DNA from: Basidiobolus meristosporus CBS 931.73
Lineage: Eukaryota; Fungi; Basidiobolomycota
DNA: 64,000 nucleotides
Assembly (NCBI GenBank): GCA_002104905.1
Contig: MCFE01000210.1
Coordinates: forward strand, 1-64,000
Direction of reading: 5' to 3'
In this document: positions 37,160-51,964 of the stretch, one piece after another
Numbering within the stretch: the first letter of the stretch is position 1
How the letters are laid out: each line of letters starts with the position of its first letter
Made by a program: the position numbers and the translations under genes
Notes under the pieces: model-generated
What the model saw: only the letters and a program-made list of their open reading frames with translations
The model's database searches: none
What the model was told of the DNA's origin: nothing

Positions 37160-37656
37160 ATAACTGCAGGGGAGTGCAAAATAAATGGAGCCAAGTTCAA
37201 CTCGCAAAAGTTGAGCCGTGTGGTGGCCATATCTGGGCCTTGTATTTATTGTTGTTTGTTTTGATTATTTATTTAAGAATTGATATTGATTTCATCAGTT
37301 TATCTGGGATTGTTTACTACCCCTTGACATATCTTCCGACCACCATCCCCCTGACTACTACTGCGAAATTTAATTGTAACGCGAGATCTCCGCCCTCCTT
37401 TGACACATCCATAAAGTTATATACATTCAATAGAAACAGGACTACTCTTTTCTACCTGATCTTGTCAACAGAACCCACCAATTTTCCAGTTTTTTACGGT
37501 CTCTCTGCTCTTAACCTGATCATCTCTCCGTTAGCCCCTCTTTTTTGATAGCCATCCCCTTTAGCTTGCTTCCAGAAGGGGCGTTTTCTAGAGACAATCA
37601 CTGCACTTTGCATAGGATAAGGATCTTGGCAAAGAAACTGAGGTGATAAGTAAACG

Positions 37657-40600
37657 ATGAATTCTGGAAAAACACCAGACAACCCACAAGAGTACTCCCC
37701 CAAGTTGGATTCCACCGATTCGGAGGGGGAGGCACTGGGCAATTTGATAGGTACCGGTGGTCCACTTAACTTGGAGGCTGTGCGCCATCTGTACGAAAAC
37801 ACTGGTCGCAATATGCGTAATATACTGGCTAACCGACGCTCCTTGCCCTCCAAGCGCTCCTCAGAAGCGTACTTCCGAGAGCTGGAGAACCTGTTGCTAG
37901 AAAAAGAGAATGAAATTCTCCTAGCTGCCGATATCGGTCAAGTGTTGCTCAAGGAGATCCACAATCTACAAGCCAAGGTAACCTCGCTCGAGAACAAACC
38001 GTACCAAGAGGCGGAGGAAATCGTGGAAGAGATACGTAAAAGCGATAGGGAAACCTTAAAGAAGCTTAAAAACTTCCGTATTGAAGCTGAGGCGATCTCC
38101 TCTAGCCTGAAGGAAAAGCCAGGCAAATTCCTCGCCCCCGGAAGTCCATATACTCCCCGGAGGAACGCCAACTCCTTTTTAGACCCCCCTGAAATAGACG
38201 ACACTAAACCCGCGTATGACAGCTCACACTCCGAGCTTAACAAGACCGTTGAGGCAGGAGACAACTTATTAGAAGCGGCAAGAACTTTACAAAAGAATCT
38301 GGCGGAGTCCGAAAAAAAACTACACCTTTACATGGAGATGGCCACAGAGCATGAACGCCAGGTAACCACGCTAGGAATGCAGATCAATCGAAATGTCGAG
38401 CATGAAGGTTTGTTGAATTGGAAATACATCGTGCATTAATCATCCCAATGTGCTTATACATCATACTTTGCACACTAGCAAAACTACAAGAGGCCACATG
38501 GAATATGGAGTTGGAGATCCAGGAGCTCAAGACTAAGCTTGACGAGAGCGAGACAAACTTTACGAAGGCGTTGAATGATCAGAAGAAGCTGCAAGATAAG
38601 CTAACCATCGCCAAAGAAACCATCGACAGTCATAAGGATCGTGAGGAAGCACACCTGGACAACTTGGAACGCACGAAAGCGCGACATGAGCAGGAAATGA
38701 CGGGCATGCGTAGAGTGATTAGTAACCTACAAAGGGAGAAGGCGGAGCTTCACAAGAAAGTCGACGACCTGAAGACCGAGTTGAATGGGAAAATCCAGCG
38801 AATGGGTGGTAGACTCACCGGTCAAACTACTCCTCTCCGCGACAGCGCTGTCCTCAATGCCAATACCCATAGCGAACTATCGGACAATGACAACTTTTTC
38901 ACCAGCCCTACCCAGTCACCATTCAACATTCCAGCCCAGGGACAGTCGTTACAGATGGAGACCCTAAACGGCTCATTAAGTCACGCACATAGAACCATTG
39001 CGACACTTCGGTCGTCATTGCATCGTGAAAAGATTGAGAAGCTGGAGCTGAAAAAGATGCTCGCCGAAAGCCAAGAGAAGGTAGAAACGATGGAAAAAGA
39101 AGTGCTCTGGGAAAGCGACAATGCCGAGGCGGTCATGCGAAAGGTCAACAACTCCGTCAGTAGAAAGATGAAGATGAAGCGGCGTAAGACCACTCTGAGG
39201 GAAAGTTTGAACCGTAGCAAGAGTGATTTGAATGGATCCCGGGTGGCTGCAGAGGATTCTGACTCTGGAGATAAATCCGATCAGACCGATTCTCTAGATG
39301 ACCAGGCGTATTCTAATGCAGATGAAAGTATCGATGACGAGGACGAGGATGATGAGGAAACCAAGGATATTACCCGGGATCCTGAAGAGTCTCTAGAGGA
39401 TAGTCTTATGAACGACACATTCGATGGAAACAACACTCCGGACAACTCCGGCGGCATCAAACGCAGACGCTCTCGCCATACGCGTCAAAAACACGCCAAC
39501 CGTGGCACGGTCAGGAATCCTCTGGTGGCTCAATCTACGCAGGAAAGCCCCGTTTCTACTCTTGCATTGTTCAATGAGCTTTCCAAGGTCGACCAATCTT
39601 TTGGTGGAATTGAGGAAGGACCACATGAGGTCGACAAAGATACGCCTGCTCCTGTCAAGAAGACTGTAGATATGGGAGTTCAGGTTTCGCTACTGGATAT
39701 CCACACGAGCCGACACAACAAGTTTGGTGCGAGCCCCAAGGGCTTAGGATTCCCCAGTAGGTTTGATTTCAGCTTCTCTCCCTCCGACCTAGACAACATG
39801 CCATTCAAAAACATCCCTGCCTTGTTTGATCACTCCACATCTGTTTCTCCGGATCGGCCGTCAAGCGAGCCTGATTTCCAGCAACACACGTTCTCCACGC
39901 CAACCGACTCAAGATCCATTGTCGATAGCAGTCACTCGGACGAAGCGGAATCAGCTAAGAGAACGTTGGAGTTCGAAACACCCAGCAAGAGAGGTTCTTT
40001 CGGCGGCAAATCTGACGCTCATCGCAACATGAATAACGGCAAGAGTATTGGAACGTCAAAGATCCCAAGCTCGCCCCTAGCTTCACCACTGCCTGTCTCC
40101 TCCAGTACCCCAACCAACTCTAAACTTCAAGAAGAGTTGGTGGCACAACCGATCATGGCCTCTGCTGCATCGGAAACAGCCAGAATCGAAGGCACCACAG
40201 ATCAGCTGGACACATTCGGGCATCCAAAGTTAAGTGGTGTCAGTGCTGTTGAAAAGGAGCCCAGTGACTCAAACGAAAATGATACGGCGGAAGCCCAAAC
40301 CGTGGCTCAAGGTAAATTCCATTTCGTTGAAGACTTATGCTTCATGTGATTCTGACCCCATTCTTCCAAGATGATCCCCACTCATCAATTAGAGCCAACC
40401 GTTCCTCGACTACGGGTAGCAATGCAGCAACTCAAGATACCATCAGCACCAGTGATTTCACCAATCCCAGCGCTACACCAGATGGAGTGGATGTTCAGAC
40501 TGAGATCTCCCAGGAGAGGGCAGCAGAAAGAACAACGAGGCTGGCAGGGACACCAGATTCAGAAAATGCTGACAAGCCTACCGAAATGCAATCGAATGAT

Positions 40601-42664
40601 TTGTCGAGAGTGGTATCCAATGGCACTGCTCCAACTGTTGTGGAAACATCTCAGCAACCAACCGCTTCGCTCGATCAAGATTCCGTCCAGACAACCAAGG
40701 GGCCGCACGTCGTCGATCAGCTTGGAACCCAACAGCAACCCGATGGTAAACAAGAAAGCACTCCTGCAACATCCTTCAGCTCAGTCGATAACGCAGCCAC
40801 ACCAAACCAACCCGAAGAAATTTACGGACAAGGAAGTGGAGTCATCTCCCAATCTACAGCAATATCTGGCCAGGAGCTAGAAGATACCATCGCCACAGTT
40901 GCAGCGAATTCAGCAGTACAACCCGTGCATTCTGGTCTCCCAAATACACACCAAACCGCTTCCGACAACACTCCAAAGGAGATCGTGAAGGACCAACCAT
41001 CGTCACGGCGTACTGCAGATACAATCTCCAATCCTCAGGATATTAAGGAAGACCGTAATGTAAATGAGTCAAATCCAACCCACGAATCCGCCACAGGCAC
41101 TATCCAGAAGCCAGATACCTTGGAAACCCCTCAACTGCCCAAAACAGTCACTCATGTTGGAACTTACGTTAATGTCCCCGCAGAGACCTTCCAGCTGTCA
41201 GTTGAGCACGATAGTGCCACCTTGGAGAGAACAACCATCAGCCGGGTGGAGAGCACAGACGAAGAGATTCTCGGATCACGGGACCAACTCGTACCCAGAG
41301 CCATCGACTCGCGCTCAATGCGTCGCAGCGTGCAAATCAACCAACTAGGCAAGGATTTGGTTGTTCAGGGAGTAAATTATCCTACTGACGTACTTAGCAA
41401 TGAAATGGTGAGTTCACAAATTGGCGATCAGGCAACGTGTGCCGACGGTTTGCCCAACGATGTGACTCGCGATGTGCAATCCACGACGGAAGTGAACACT
41501 CGCGAAATTGGCACCCAGACTCTCGATTCGTACACCCAACCCACTACTGCTGCGGAGCCGATGAGCCCAGCGATGAAGCCGCCCCCACTGCCAGGCACTT
41601 CCAGAGCCCAGCGTCAGAAGGAAATCATGCAGCAAAACAGGGTCGATGTGCGAAGATCCTCGGTTTCGGACTCCAGTACCGACGACGAGAGGGCCTCTTT
41701 CACCGAGCCCACTTCGACCAGCCGACCCTCTACTAGCCAATCGTCGATCACCAACAGGTCGAACAGCCTGCACAAGATACCATCCAGAAACATGTCGGTT
41801 CGAAACTCCAGTGCTATGCAGCACCATTTAAGAGAAAGCAGGCTGAGTGTCTCGGCACCTCATTCACCACTTCTAAACGACGGTCAGCAGAACTCAACCC
41901 ACGAGGAGTCGGGCACAGATGCCATGAGCTTCCGACGACGCACCATCGGCGTTGATCCAGCGATCATCCACGCGATTACCCAAACCATGATGGGCAACTA
42001 CATGTGGAAATACACGCGCAAAGTCATTGGTGGTGGCATCAGCGAGAAGAAGCACCTGAGATTCTTCTGGGTCCATCCGTACGCGAAAACAATCAACTGG
42101 TGTGCAGAGCAATCCGGCACTGACCTGTATCGTAGCAAGAACAGCAAAACGAAGGTTCAATACGTGACCTCGGTCAGGGTGGTTTTGGATCAGCAACCAA
42201 CCACTGGCAATGTGGACACCAACCCGTACAGCCTCATCATCCAAACCCCGAACCGAGAGATGAAAATCAAGGCGTTGGAAAAGGAGCGCCATGATTTGTG
42301 GCTACTGGCGCTGACCTATCTGCAAACCCGCCAACCGATAGCTCCGGTGTCAGCAAGCACCTATAGATCCCGTAGATGGTCGGCTGGCTCCAACAACAAC
42401 AGCACCCTGGAAAGCGACGAAGAACACACACAGCACACCATCACCTCATCTCGCAGCAACAGCTCCTTCGCCCTGCCTCCCTCCCAAATGAATGCCAACT
42501 TGAGTCGAACCCTATCGACCAAGCAGAGTCTCAGCCGGCTATTCAAGCGACCCTCCAAGGTCGCGCTCAACACGGGGACCGGGTCGACCCACGAGCCGGA
42601 GGAGCTTGATGATGTAAAAAAGTGCTGCCAGGGCAAGCACGACATCAACCAACTGTCGCAATGA
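37657..42664 (+). CDS. NUM1: Num1/ApsA/Mcp5-like cortical dynein anchor, about 1,625 aa, 3 exons
   Basis: Introns 38408-38478 and 40312-40370 restore the frame (4,878 nt). N-terminal coiled coils (AADIGQVLL) and C-terminal PH domain (TQTMMGNYMWKYTRK...RFFWVHPY). Confidence 0.85.
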
Positions 42665-42832
42665 GCCGAGTCCCATGGTGCGGTGTGTAGTTTTATTTTT
42701 AATTCTAGCCAGCCTTCGTAGCCCGCCTTCTTCCCTTGTGTATTCCTAATTCACCTCGACGTTTTTTTGTAAAGCATTTTACTGAATCCTTATTGTTCAA
42801 TAAACCGTAACTTCGGCCGATGTGTGGTGCCT

Positions 42833-42835
<3 letters not shown>

Positions 42836-42870
<35 letters not shown>

Positions 42871-42880
42871 TGTTTGTGTG
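42836..42880. repeat. (TG)n microsatellite
   Basis: About 15 perfect TG units followed by imperfect ones. Confidence 0.95.
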
Positions 42881-43031
42881 GGGGGTGGATCAAAAAATCG
42901 CGTCCTGAATCCGGCACGATCGAAATCCCACCGTCCTCAGATCACCCGCATCGATTGGGACGAATCACAATTGCCATGTAGGGGATTGATTAAATGCTTC
43001 CCATATCTGGTCAACCCACGTCCCTTCCTGA

Positions 43032-43445
<414 letters not shown>

Positions 43446-43952
43446 TTCATCTTGTACACATCTTTTGTATATAATATTTGATAAATGGTTGTTGCGCAAT
43501 AAAATGACGATTCGGTTGATCTCCTAATTTGCCGTGTGCTCTGACTAGACTAGACTGATTAAAGCAATCTTTGTCCCTCAATGCCATTATATTACATCAT
43601 AACTAAGTGGCTGCGTGGGCTTCAACTTAGGCCACGAACCGACCAATAAAGCAGATGATGGGAAAGGAAATCTAAGATGTACAAGCTCAGGGCTAACTCA
43701 ACTTGTCTAATAAAAACGCCAGATTCGGTGGACACGAAATTCACATATCCAGGCTAAGTTCCCAAAATCCAAAAGAGATTCCAACAAAGGGACACAAGCG
43801 GAAGGTGGCATGCATGCGTATCAGAGAAAAAAAGAAGCGTCCGGGAAAAAAAATCGGTTTGGATCTCTTTATTGAAAAGTACTACGATATATATATACAC
43901 AAAAATATGAAAGTTCTACCAAATAATAAACTAACAGTAATCGAATGGGAAT

Positions 43953-44479
<527 letters not shown>

Positions 44480-44757
44480 GCTGCCGGAACACGGTCAACA
44501 TTTGTTGTGATCATCACCATATATGGTAGGCGAATGAATCACATCTCGGGTGAAGAACACACACACCACGCACCACGCACAAATTCATTAGACGATTTTA
44601 TTTCACCAAGGATGTAAGATAGATTGGTTACGAGGGACATAGATGAGTGATTATTGAAGGGATGGAGGCGAGTGTGAATGGATAATTTAAGTAGAAAACC
44701 AAATCAATGCCCAAAAACCCACGGCGTTTGCTGAGTTTAGTCGGTGCTATTTCACAG

Positions 44758-45651
44758 TTAGGCATGTCTGGCAGCCGCGACGTTCAAGTCCTGGAAATAG
44801 ACATGCTGCAGGGCGTCCTTAGCAGAGATTCTAAGGTGTGGCTGATACTGCAGCATTCTGGCGAGAAGGTCGATCCCGAATGGATCGATGTTCGGAAGGA
44901 TCTGTGCGAGGTTCTGGGGAGGGTAGTAGGGGAAGTTGTTACGGAACGCTGGAAGTTGGTTCACCCCTGGCCAGGTATGCTCCGAGGGGGTTCCGAGAAG
45001 TCGGAATATCTTCAACAACTGGTCATCGTTGGTGGTGCCTGGGAACAAGGGTCGTCCGGTGTACATTTCCGCCATGATGCAGCCAGCAGACCACATGTCG
45101 ATGGTGGTGGTGTAGTTTCTAGAGCCCAGCAAAACATCCGGGGCACGATACCACAGCGTGACCACCTCATTCGAGAACGTATTCACGGGAATACCAAAGG
45201 CACGAGCAAGCCCGAAATCTGCCAGCTTGAGCTCGCCGCGCGCATTGATGAGTAGGTTTTGAGGCTTTAGGTCTCGGTGCAAAACCCGGTTCTCGTGACA
45301 GAAAGCGATGCCTCTCAAGAGCTGGAACATGAAGGACTTGATAAGCATGGGATCCAAGGCCCCGTTGTTGCCGTGGGTGTCCATATATTTCTTCAGATCC
45401 TGATCCATATATTCGAAAACCAGCATGAGCTTATTCTCGGTGTGGATGACATCGTTGAGTCGGACAATGTTGGCATGCTTCAACTCTTTCATCAACGATA
45501 TCTCACGAATCGCTGTGCTAGGGGCACCCTCTTCGGTATCAAGGTGAATCTCCTTCAAGGCCACCGTTTCGCCGGTCATTCGATTCTTACCTTTGTAAAC
45601 ATTGGCATATGTGCCCTCACCTAGCTTCTCAAGACGTTGATATCTATCCAT
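44758..45651 (-). CDS. PHO85: Pho85/CDK5-family cyclin-dependent kinase
   Basis: [71 protein letters not shown]. Confidence 0.95.
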   Translation of the reverse strand: MDRYQRLEKLGEGTYANVYKGKNRMTGETVALKEIHLDTEEGAPSTAIREISLMKELKHANIVRLNDVIHTENKLMLVFEYMDQDLKKYMDTHGNNGALDPMLIKSFMFQLLRGIAFCHENRVLHRDLKPQNLLINARGELKLADFGLARAFGIPVNTFSNEVVTLWYRAPDVLLGSRNYTTTIDMWSAGCIMAEMYTGRPLFPGTTNDDQLLKIFRLLGTPSEHTWPGVNQLPAFRNNFPYYPPQNLAQILPNIDPFGIDLLARMLQYQPHLRISAKDALQHVYFQDLNVAAARHA

Positions 45652-46049
45652 GGCAAATACTATGGCCTAGCTGAAGCGAATGAAAAGACGTGGTTACTTG
45701 TCTGGAGTAGAGGGAAGATAGAGGGGATGGAGAGAGCGGAAATCCTATGCTCACCCACTCTACGAACAACAAAATATTTTGAATCAGCCAAGGCCATAGT
45801 ATCATTTGACTGAATGGAATTTTGAGATGTATCAGGACATCTATGGTGAAGTTCCCGATATCAAACCATCCCAATTGGACGAAGAAATCATGCGGAAATA
45901 CGAGTGCTGTTTGCGTCACCGGCTCATTATAATCAGAGCTGACAAACCAGCTAAATCTAGATCAATTGAGGGAGCTTTCCCACGCATTGGCTATTCGTTT
46001 ATTTTACCAAGTGTGAGCACTGTACAGAGGAAACATCAAATCTATGGCT

Positions 46050-49000
46050 CTAGTCTGCTTCCTTCTCCATCGATGTTTGACACGGAATGGTTTGTAGATC
46101 ACTGCCGTAGTTCTCCACCACTGTCTCTACCGAAAATTTTGTAACGGTGTCTTCCCAGAAATCGCTAAGCCGCTTTGGGTCATGGCAGAACTTCTGGAAC
46201 TCGATGCGTAGAATGTCTGGGTTGGGCAGTTGATTCGAGTAGTTCTTGTTTTGATTTCCGCTGTTGTTGTGCGAGGTAAACAGCCGGTTGTTGACCCAGA
46301 GGAATCCTTCGCCAGGCTCGCAGATTTGGATGAGCGCCACTCCAGACCGGTGAATGTATTGAGAGTATCGAACAGGTGTTTTGTAATATGAGTGGGTAAT
46401 CTCAATCCCTGCTGGGAAGAACTCATCCGCCTCTAAATCCAATACAAACCCGTGGTGCTTGACGAGCTCGATCTCGAAGTAAAGATGTGGAATATGCGCG
46501 AGGTTTTCCGCCTTTTCTTGAAGAATGTTGAGTGGAGGTGGGGGCACAGCCATTTTTATGGAAACTGGTGCCTGGAATGGATTATCACTGCTGTCTTTTC
46601 GGGCTTGCTGAACTGGTACTTCAACCAGTTTAAGCCCGCATTTATCTGCGGTTCGTGACCATGACTGCAAGAGATCTTCTATCAGGCGGGCGGTACAATC
46701 TAACCAATCAAGCTGAAAATGGTAGCATGCCTTTGGGTTGTGCACCACGTCGTAATGGAGAATAGCCCGTTCAGGTCGGTCACTACGTTTCGAACTGTCG
46801 AGGTCGATGGTGATGCTACGGCTCAATTCGATTTTACCTGGCTTCTTTTCTGACATCGATACTTGATCATCCAGAGTCTTAGTGTTTGAGTCGTTGTTGT
46901 TCTTCGTGTTTCGGAAAACACCCCAGCTCCTTGTGTTTCGAGCGGCAGCAAACTCCGTGCCGAGTTGGTAGAAATAATGGCCATCGAGTAAACGATGCTT
47001 TCTGTAAACGTGCACAAACAAACCTTGCTTCATGAGGCTGTTGCCAAACTCTAGGGCCTCGTCTCTTGTATCCAGGTCGGAGAATTCTCTAATTAACCAG
47101 TCAATAAACTCGTTACCAACGAACACTCCTTCAAAAAGTTTGAAATGCCATCTTCTATCTTGTAACCTAACCCCGGTCACAGTGTTCTGCATAGCTGCTG
47201 CAATGGTCGAGAGCTTTGCCTCTTTAGTAACCATTTTCTCGCTAGTAGCTACATATCCCGAACCCTTTCTTGAAGTAAATGGCGAGGGGGTTGGGTCTGT
47301 CGTATGTTCACCCCAAGTGTACCAATGATTGTTGACAAAGACCGACGTGTGACAGGTGGTGAATTTGATGTCCAATTTGTTACTGAGTTGCTTCTTGTTA
47401 CTGACGTTTCGAGTTTCACTCCTTTCTTGAGTGGGGTCCCAACGAACTTTCCAGAGAAGCTCTTGGAATTTAAAAAACCCAGCCAAACGAAGTTCCTCTT
47501 CGTCCAGATTTTCATGAGAGGGGTTGGTTAAGTGATTCGAGGGAACGCTCTCCACCGGTATAAGTGCAAATCTTGCCCGCCAAAACCGAAGTGAATCGGT
47601 CATCTCGTCTTGATATCCTGAAATCAGATGGTCGAGATAGTTCCAATTGTACTGTGAGAGAACTGGGTAATGGAACGATACTTGGCGTGGTTGGTATTCA
47701 TCCATATATTTCGGCCAAACTGCGCACGAATAGGAAATCGGCTTCATGGTGTAAGCTAGTCGTCGAACATACCTCTTTACCTCAACATTCTGCCCAGTGT
47801 TGTCATACCATAGCTTGTGAACGTGGTGGCCCATGCTGAGATAATAAGGAGTGGCTTTGGATGCTCTGTTCACACCGAATTTACTTACATCCTGTTCGTT
47901 GTTATTAAAGCTTCGACTAAGAGTCGGCCCGTTGCCGTTGTTTTCGGCTGGCGAAAACGATAGATGTGAATGTTCAGGATGCTTCTGCGGGTTTTCTATC
48001 GAGCTAGATACAACCAATTGAAAGCCTTGCGCTAACCTCTGAGATATCATATCCAGTAACAACCGTTCCGTTATGCTTTGGTCAGAGCCTGGGCCATCCT
48101 GGTAGGCAAATGTACCTATTTCTTCATTGGGGGAGACCGTGTATGTATACTCCTGGTAAAAATCAGCCAGCTCGTCGGCAGTTGGGAAAAAGTCGGTTGT
48201 GAGAGGTAAGCATGCGGGGCTACAAAGTGATATCCATTTTGTACAATCGATCGGCACTGGTTTGGGGAAAATGTGATGCCATCTCCGTAGGTGGCTACTG
48301 ATTTTGATTACATTCTTTGTGGGATTACAGGGTTTAATGAGTGTTTGACGAATAGTTTGTCGTGAGGCGAATCCTTTGCTAGGGGAAGATTGTTTTGCAG
48401 AATACCTATTCACTCCGCTTGCCAGCGAGCCCGCCATTGAATCCGATCTACTTTGATATGATGTAGAATCCAGTATAGGTCTCTTGGTATCCATGCGAGT
48501 GTTGCAGTTGTTGATCATTATTGGCTTGACAGTACTAGTGCCAATTTCTGTGGCATCGTTGCCGTTCACAATATTTGGTTCGCTTTGACTCCCGTTGATC
48601 TCCGATATCTGCACATGGGGTTCCGGCTGATTGATATTTTTACCCTCTACACGCTCCGTATTGCGAAGTTTCTTTTTACTAGGTGCTATATCAATTTTAT
48701 GCGCCTTTTCCTCCGAGTGCGATACGTGACGTGGGTGATGGCGACGGGCAACATACATTCCAGATGTAGCAAAGCTACTGGATATCATGGTTTTTGGAAG
48801 GCTCCCAAACGGCTCAGCCACCACTGACCTTGTATCATAGGCTTTATCATAACTGAGGTCCTCAAAGCTTCTACGTGGAAAACCTGAATCAAGGACTACA
48901 CCAGTGCTCTCTGTGTTTTGTATTGGTTCATCGGAGTTTTCAGCAATGATCTCTCGTAGACTCCGAGCCTTCAAAGATTGCTTTAGTTTGAGGGTTCGAC

Positions 49001-50894
49001 GTGAATCGCTTTGAAAAATGTCTTCATCATATTTATCAAAAGCATAGCTCGACTTCTCTTCCGAGTTGGACTCTATTTTTGTCGGGACAATATACTTGTC
49101 ATCCAAGTACTCAATGGAGATGGGTGCCATTTCATGCTCCATGACTCCCATCATTTGCAGGTTGTACATCTTGCATCTTGGAACGAACCTCCTGGATGGT
49201 CGGTTACCTTCATCGTTAATACTGTAGAAACTGCAGTCAATCCAGTGTGGCATAGCATAGTATGTCTCTAATTGATTGTTCGGGTTTGGATCATCGTAAT
49301 ACAAAGGATCCCACATATCCAGCTTTTCGGAATTCTCATTCGAGGATTTGTCGGAAAATTTGGACTTGCCATGGTCAGCAGAAAGGTACTTCTTATCCAA
49401 CTTTGGTTCAGACACTTTGGAAGCGTCAGGCAAGTTCGAGACATTGCTGGAGGTGAATTTGAAAATAGGGACTGTATAAAGAGGATACTTCGATAGGCAT
49501 ACAAGGTCTAAGCCTATTCCATTGTCAATCATTCGCTCCGTAGTAATACGTAGAAGCTTCTTATCTACCTCAAAGATTCCAGTACCGGGAGTAATAAGCA
49601 CGATCGATAGGCCAGTACGAAGTAGATCACGATCAACATAATGTTTGTCAAAGGCGTTCAATGCTAGATTAATGGCCTCCAATATATTGCCTTCGTTTGC
49701 CATAGTGTTTTCGCCACTCAAATAGGTCGATTTATCCCTGTGAAGTTCTAAAATATCCTTGCGAAATGTGGCAAACTCGTTCTTGAGGTGCACGATGGCT
49801 GTACTCCAATCGCTTCGCGTTTCCCAGTCTGCGACTACTTTGTAATAATCCTTATACCAACGATTGTCACTGGTCTGCAGCAACAACCCATCTTTAGCAA
49901 GTTCCTCGCTGTACTCATAGAATACTCGAGTAAACATAACAATTGAAGCTATGTGGTTCGTTCCGAGCTCGTTCCATCGCTTAAAGAGATCTGGTAAGAA
50001 GTTGTGCGTAGCTTTTTCGAAAAAGAGCATTCCATCCTCATCAAAGTCCCACATTTCTCGACTCATTTGTATAAATATATAATACTTGGCAGACTCGGAT
50101 CGAAAGATCGTCCGTGTGTTTTCTGTGATATAACCACACATGGCCTAATGGGAGGTGTGATTTCATCAGCTTGACGTACCAACACAATCATGATATTTTA
50201 GGTCTTACAGTTTCTCCTTTAGCGTATATCTCCTTGACCTGTACTCTAACGCATCCCGCAAAAGTAATCTTTTTCCCTGCATGAACACACGAGCCGGCTA
50301 AGCTCATTTTCAAGCGCCACATGTCGCTACGCCCAATATACTGGTCTTTGAAGGTGAATTCTATATAATCAGCAGCAATCGATTCCGCGTCAACCTGTGA
50401 TACATAATGTTTATACAGAATCACCAGACGAAATTCCTCTTGGAAATTTACCTTTCGAACCACAATATCTTTTCGGGCTTGAAGTCCAAAGACTGCGGCT
50501 ATGTGGTTAGCTATGGAGATCTGAGAAGTACAATAGGCAGTTAGCAAGCTCGGACGTCATGAGCATATTAAAACCTGCGTAAGCTTTGCTATAGTACTTG
50601 CAGTTGAGGCTGCTTGGCTAAAATATCCACGTCCGAAGGTTCAACTTGAAGTATTAGAGGATGCTCGTCGGAGTTATTTGGCCTCGCGTCGTATTCGGTA
50701 TACTCAGACTTGGAGTTGGAGGTTGGAATTGGCTGTGACGGCGGATGATATATTTCGATTAAATCTCCTGGCTTGATTCCAGGAAAGCAATCTGGATTTA
50801 TCACCACGTCTTGCTTTGAGAAGCGATCGTCGTGAACCCATAAATTATAGGTTTTGCTCGACTCAGAGGAGGTGTCATTACTTAATGGAGGCAT
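46050..50894 (-). CDS. IML1: Iml1/DEPDC5 (SEACIT/GATOR1 subunit), about 1,548 aa, 4 exons
   Basis: Exons 50894-50598, 50520-50452, 50394-50209 and 50144-46050 (4,647 nt). FRSESAKYYIFIQMSREMWDFD, GNILEAINLALN and a DEP domain (FVGNEFIDWL). Confidence 0.95.
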
Positions 50895-51273
50895 CCTAGT
50901 TTTTAGGAATTCCCAGAGTGAGGTTCAATTTTATGTAGCACAAATGCTTTAGTTTAAATGCTCTTGAGGCAGCTCTAGCAATTGAGTAAGCGAATACTTA
51001 TGCAACGCAAAATGGGATTTTCGGTGGTTGATTAAAATGGTTTAGATCCACTAATTATGAGGGTTGGGAGAGCTGAGGACGTAAATTGACCCGGGTAAAT
51101 ATAATGGCCAATAGGGGTCGGATTCGATATTCAATAGTGTAACTTTTTTCTTTTTTTTTCTGATTTGTTCATTCCTGTAGCCCCCCACCCGATCAAGTGG
51201 TATAAAGTTTCGCTGCGGGCTCTTCTTAATGTCCTTTCTCTCCGCGGCCTCCGTTGTATACTATACTTAAAAC

Positions 51274-51652
51274 ATGGTGGTGAGTAGTGCTTCTAATATT
51301 CTCTAACAAATTAATCTGACATTCTCTCAGCTTGCTGTAGATCTTCTCAACCCTACTTTTGAACATGAGAAAAACACTCATAAGCTTAAGAGATTAGTCC
51401 AATCTCCCAACTCTTACTTCATGGACGTCAAATGCCCAGGCTGCTTCAACATCACCACAGTTTTCAGCCACGCCCAGACTGTTGTGCTTTGCGGTTCTTG
51501 TGCTACTGTCCTTTGTCAACCTACTGGTGGTCGCGCTCGTTTGACTGAAGGTATTTGCGGCGCCCTATTAAGCTCCATTGCCTATAATAACCCAAACCCT
51601 AACCTCAATATTCGTTTGATCAGGATGCTCCTTCCGTAAGAAGGCGAACTAA
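51274..51652 (+). CDS. RPS27: 40S ribosomal protein eS27, 84 aa, 3 exons
   Basis: Exons 51274-51279, 51331-51550 and 51624-51652 give [10 protein letters not shown]...[52 protein letters not shown]. Confidence 0.98.
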
Positions 51653-51964
51653 GTAGCTGTGTTTGTTATATGAATGTGGGAATAGACTCTGCTATTAGTG
51701 TAGAGCAGCATGGATATTTTTAGTGATCCATCAACGATATTTTTCAACATTTTCGGAATACCGTTCCACCCTGTAGGCTTTACCATTATCCACTTGTTTC
51801 TGTTGCGTTACTATGTGTGAAGATGAGAAATCGCAGCGATTTTTTATTTTTCTTAACGTTTGCAGACATTTGGGATATATCGGAAACTGGAATAAAGTTT
51901 TCATATAGTATACAAATCGGGTTACAGTACAACTATTTATCTAATATATGGGGTCCAACACATT

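Noticed and set aside
43446-43952. Metazoan-type histone 3' stem-loop
   Set aside because: None seen. Both genes have AATAAA signals, consistent with polyadenylated fungal histone mRNAs.
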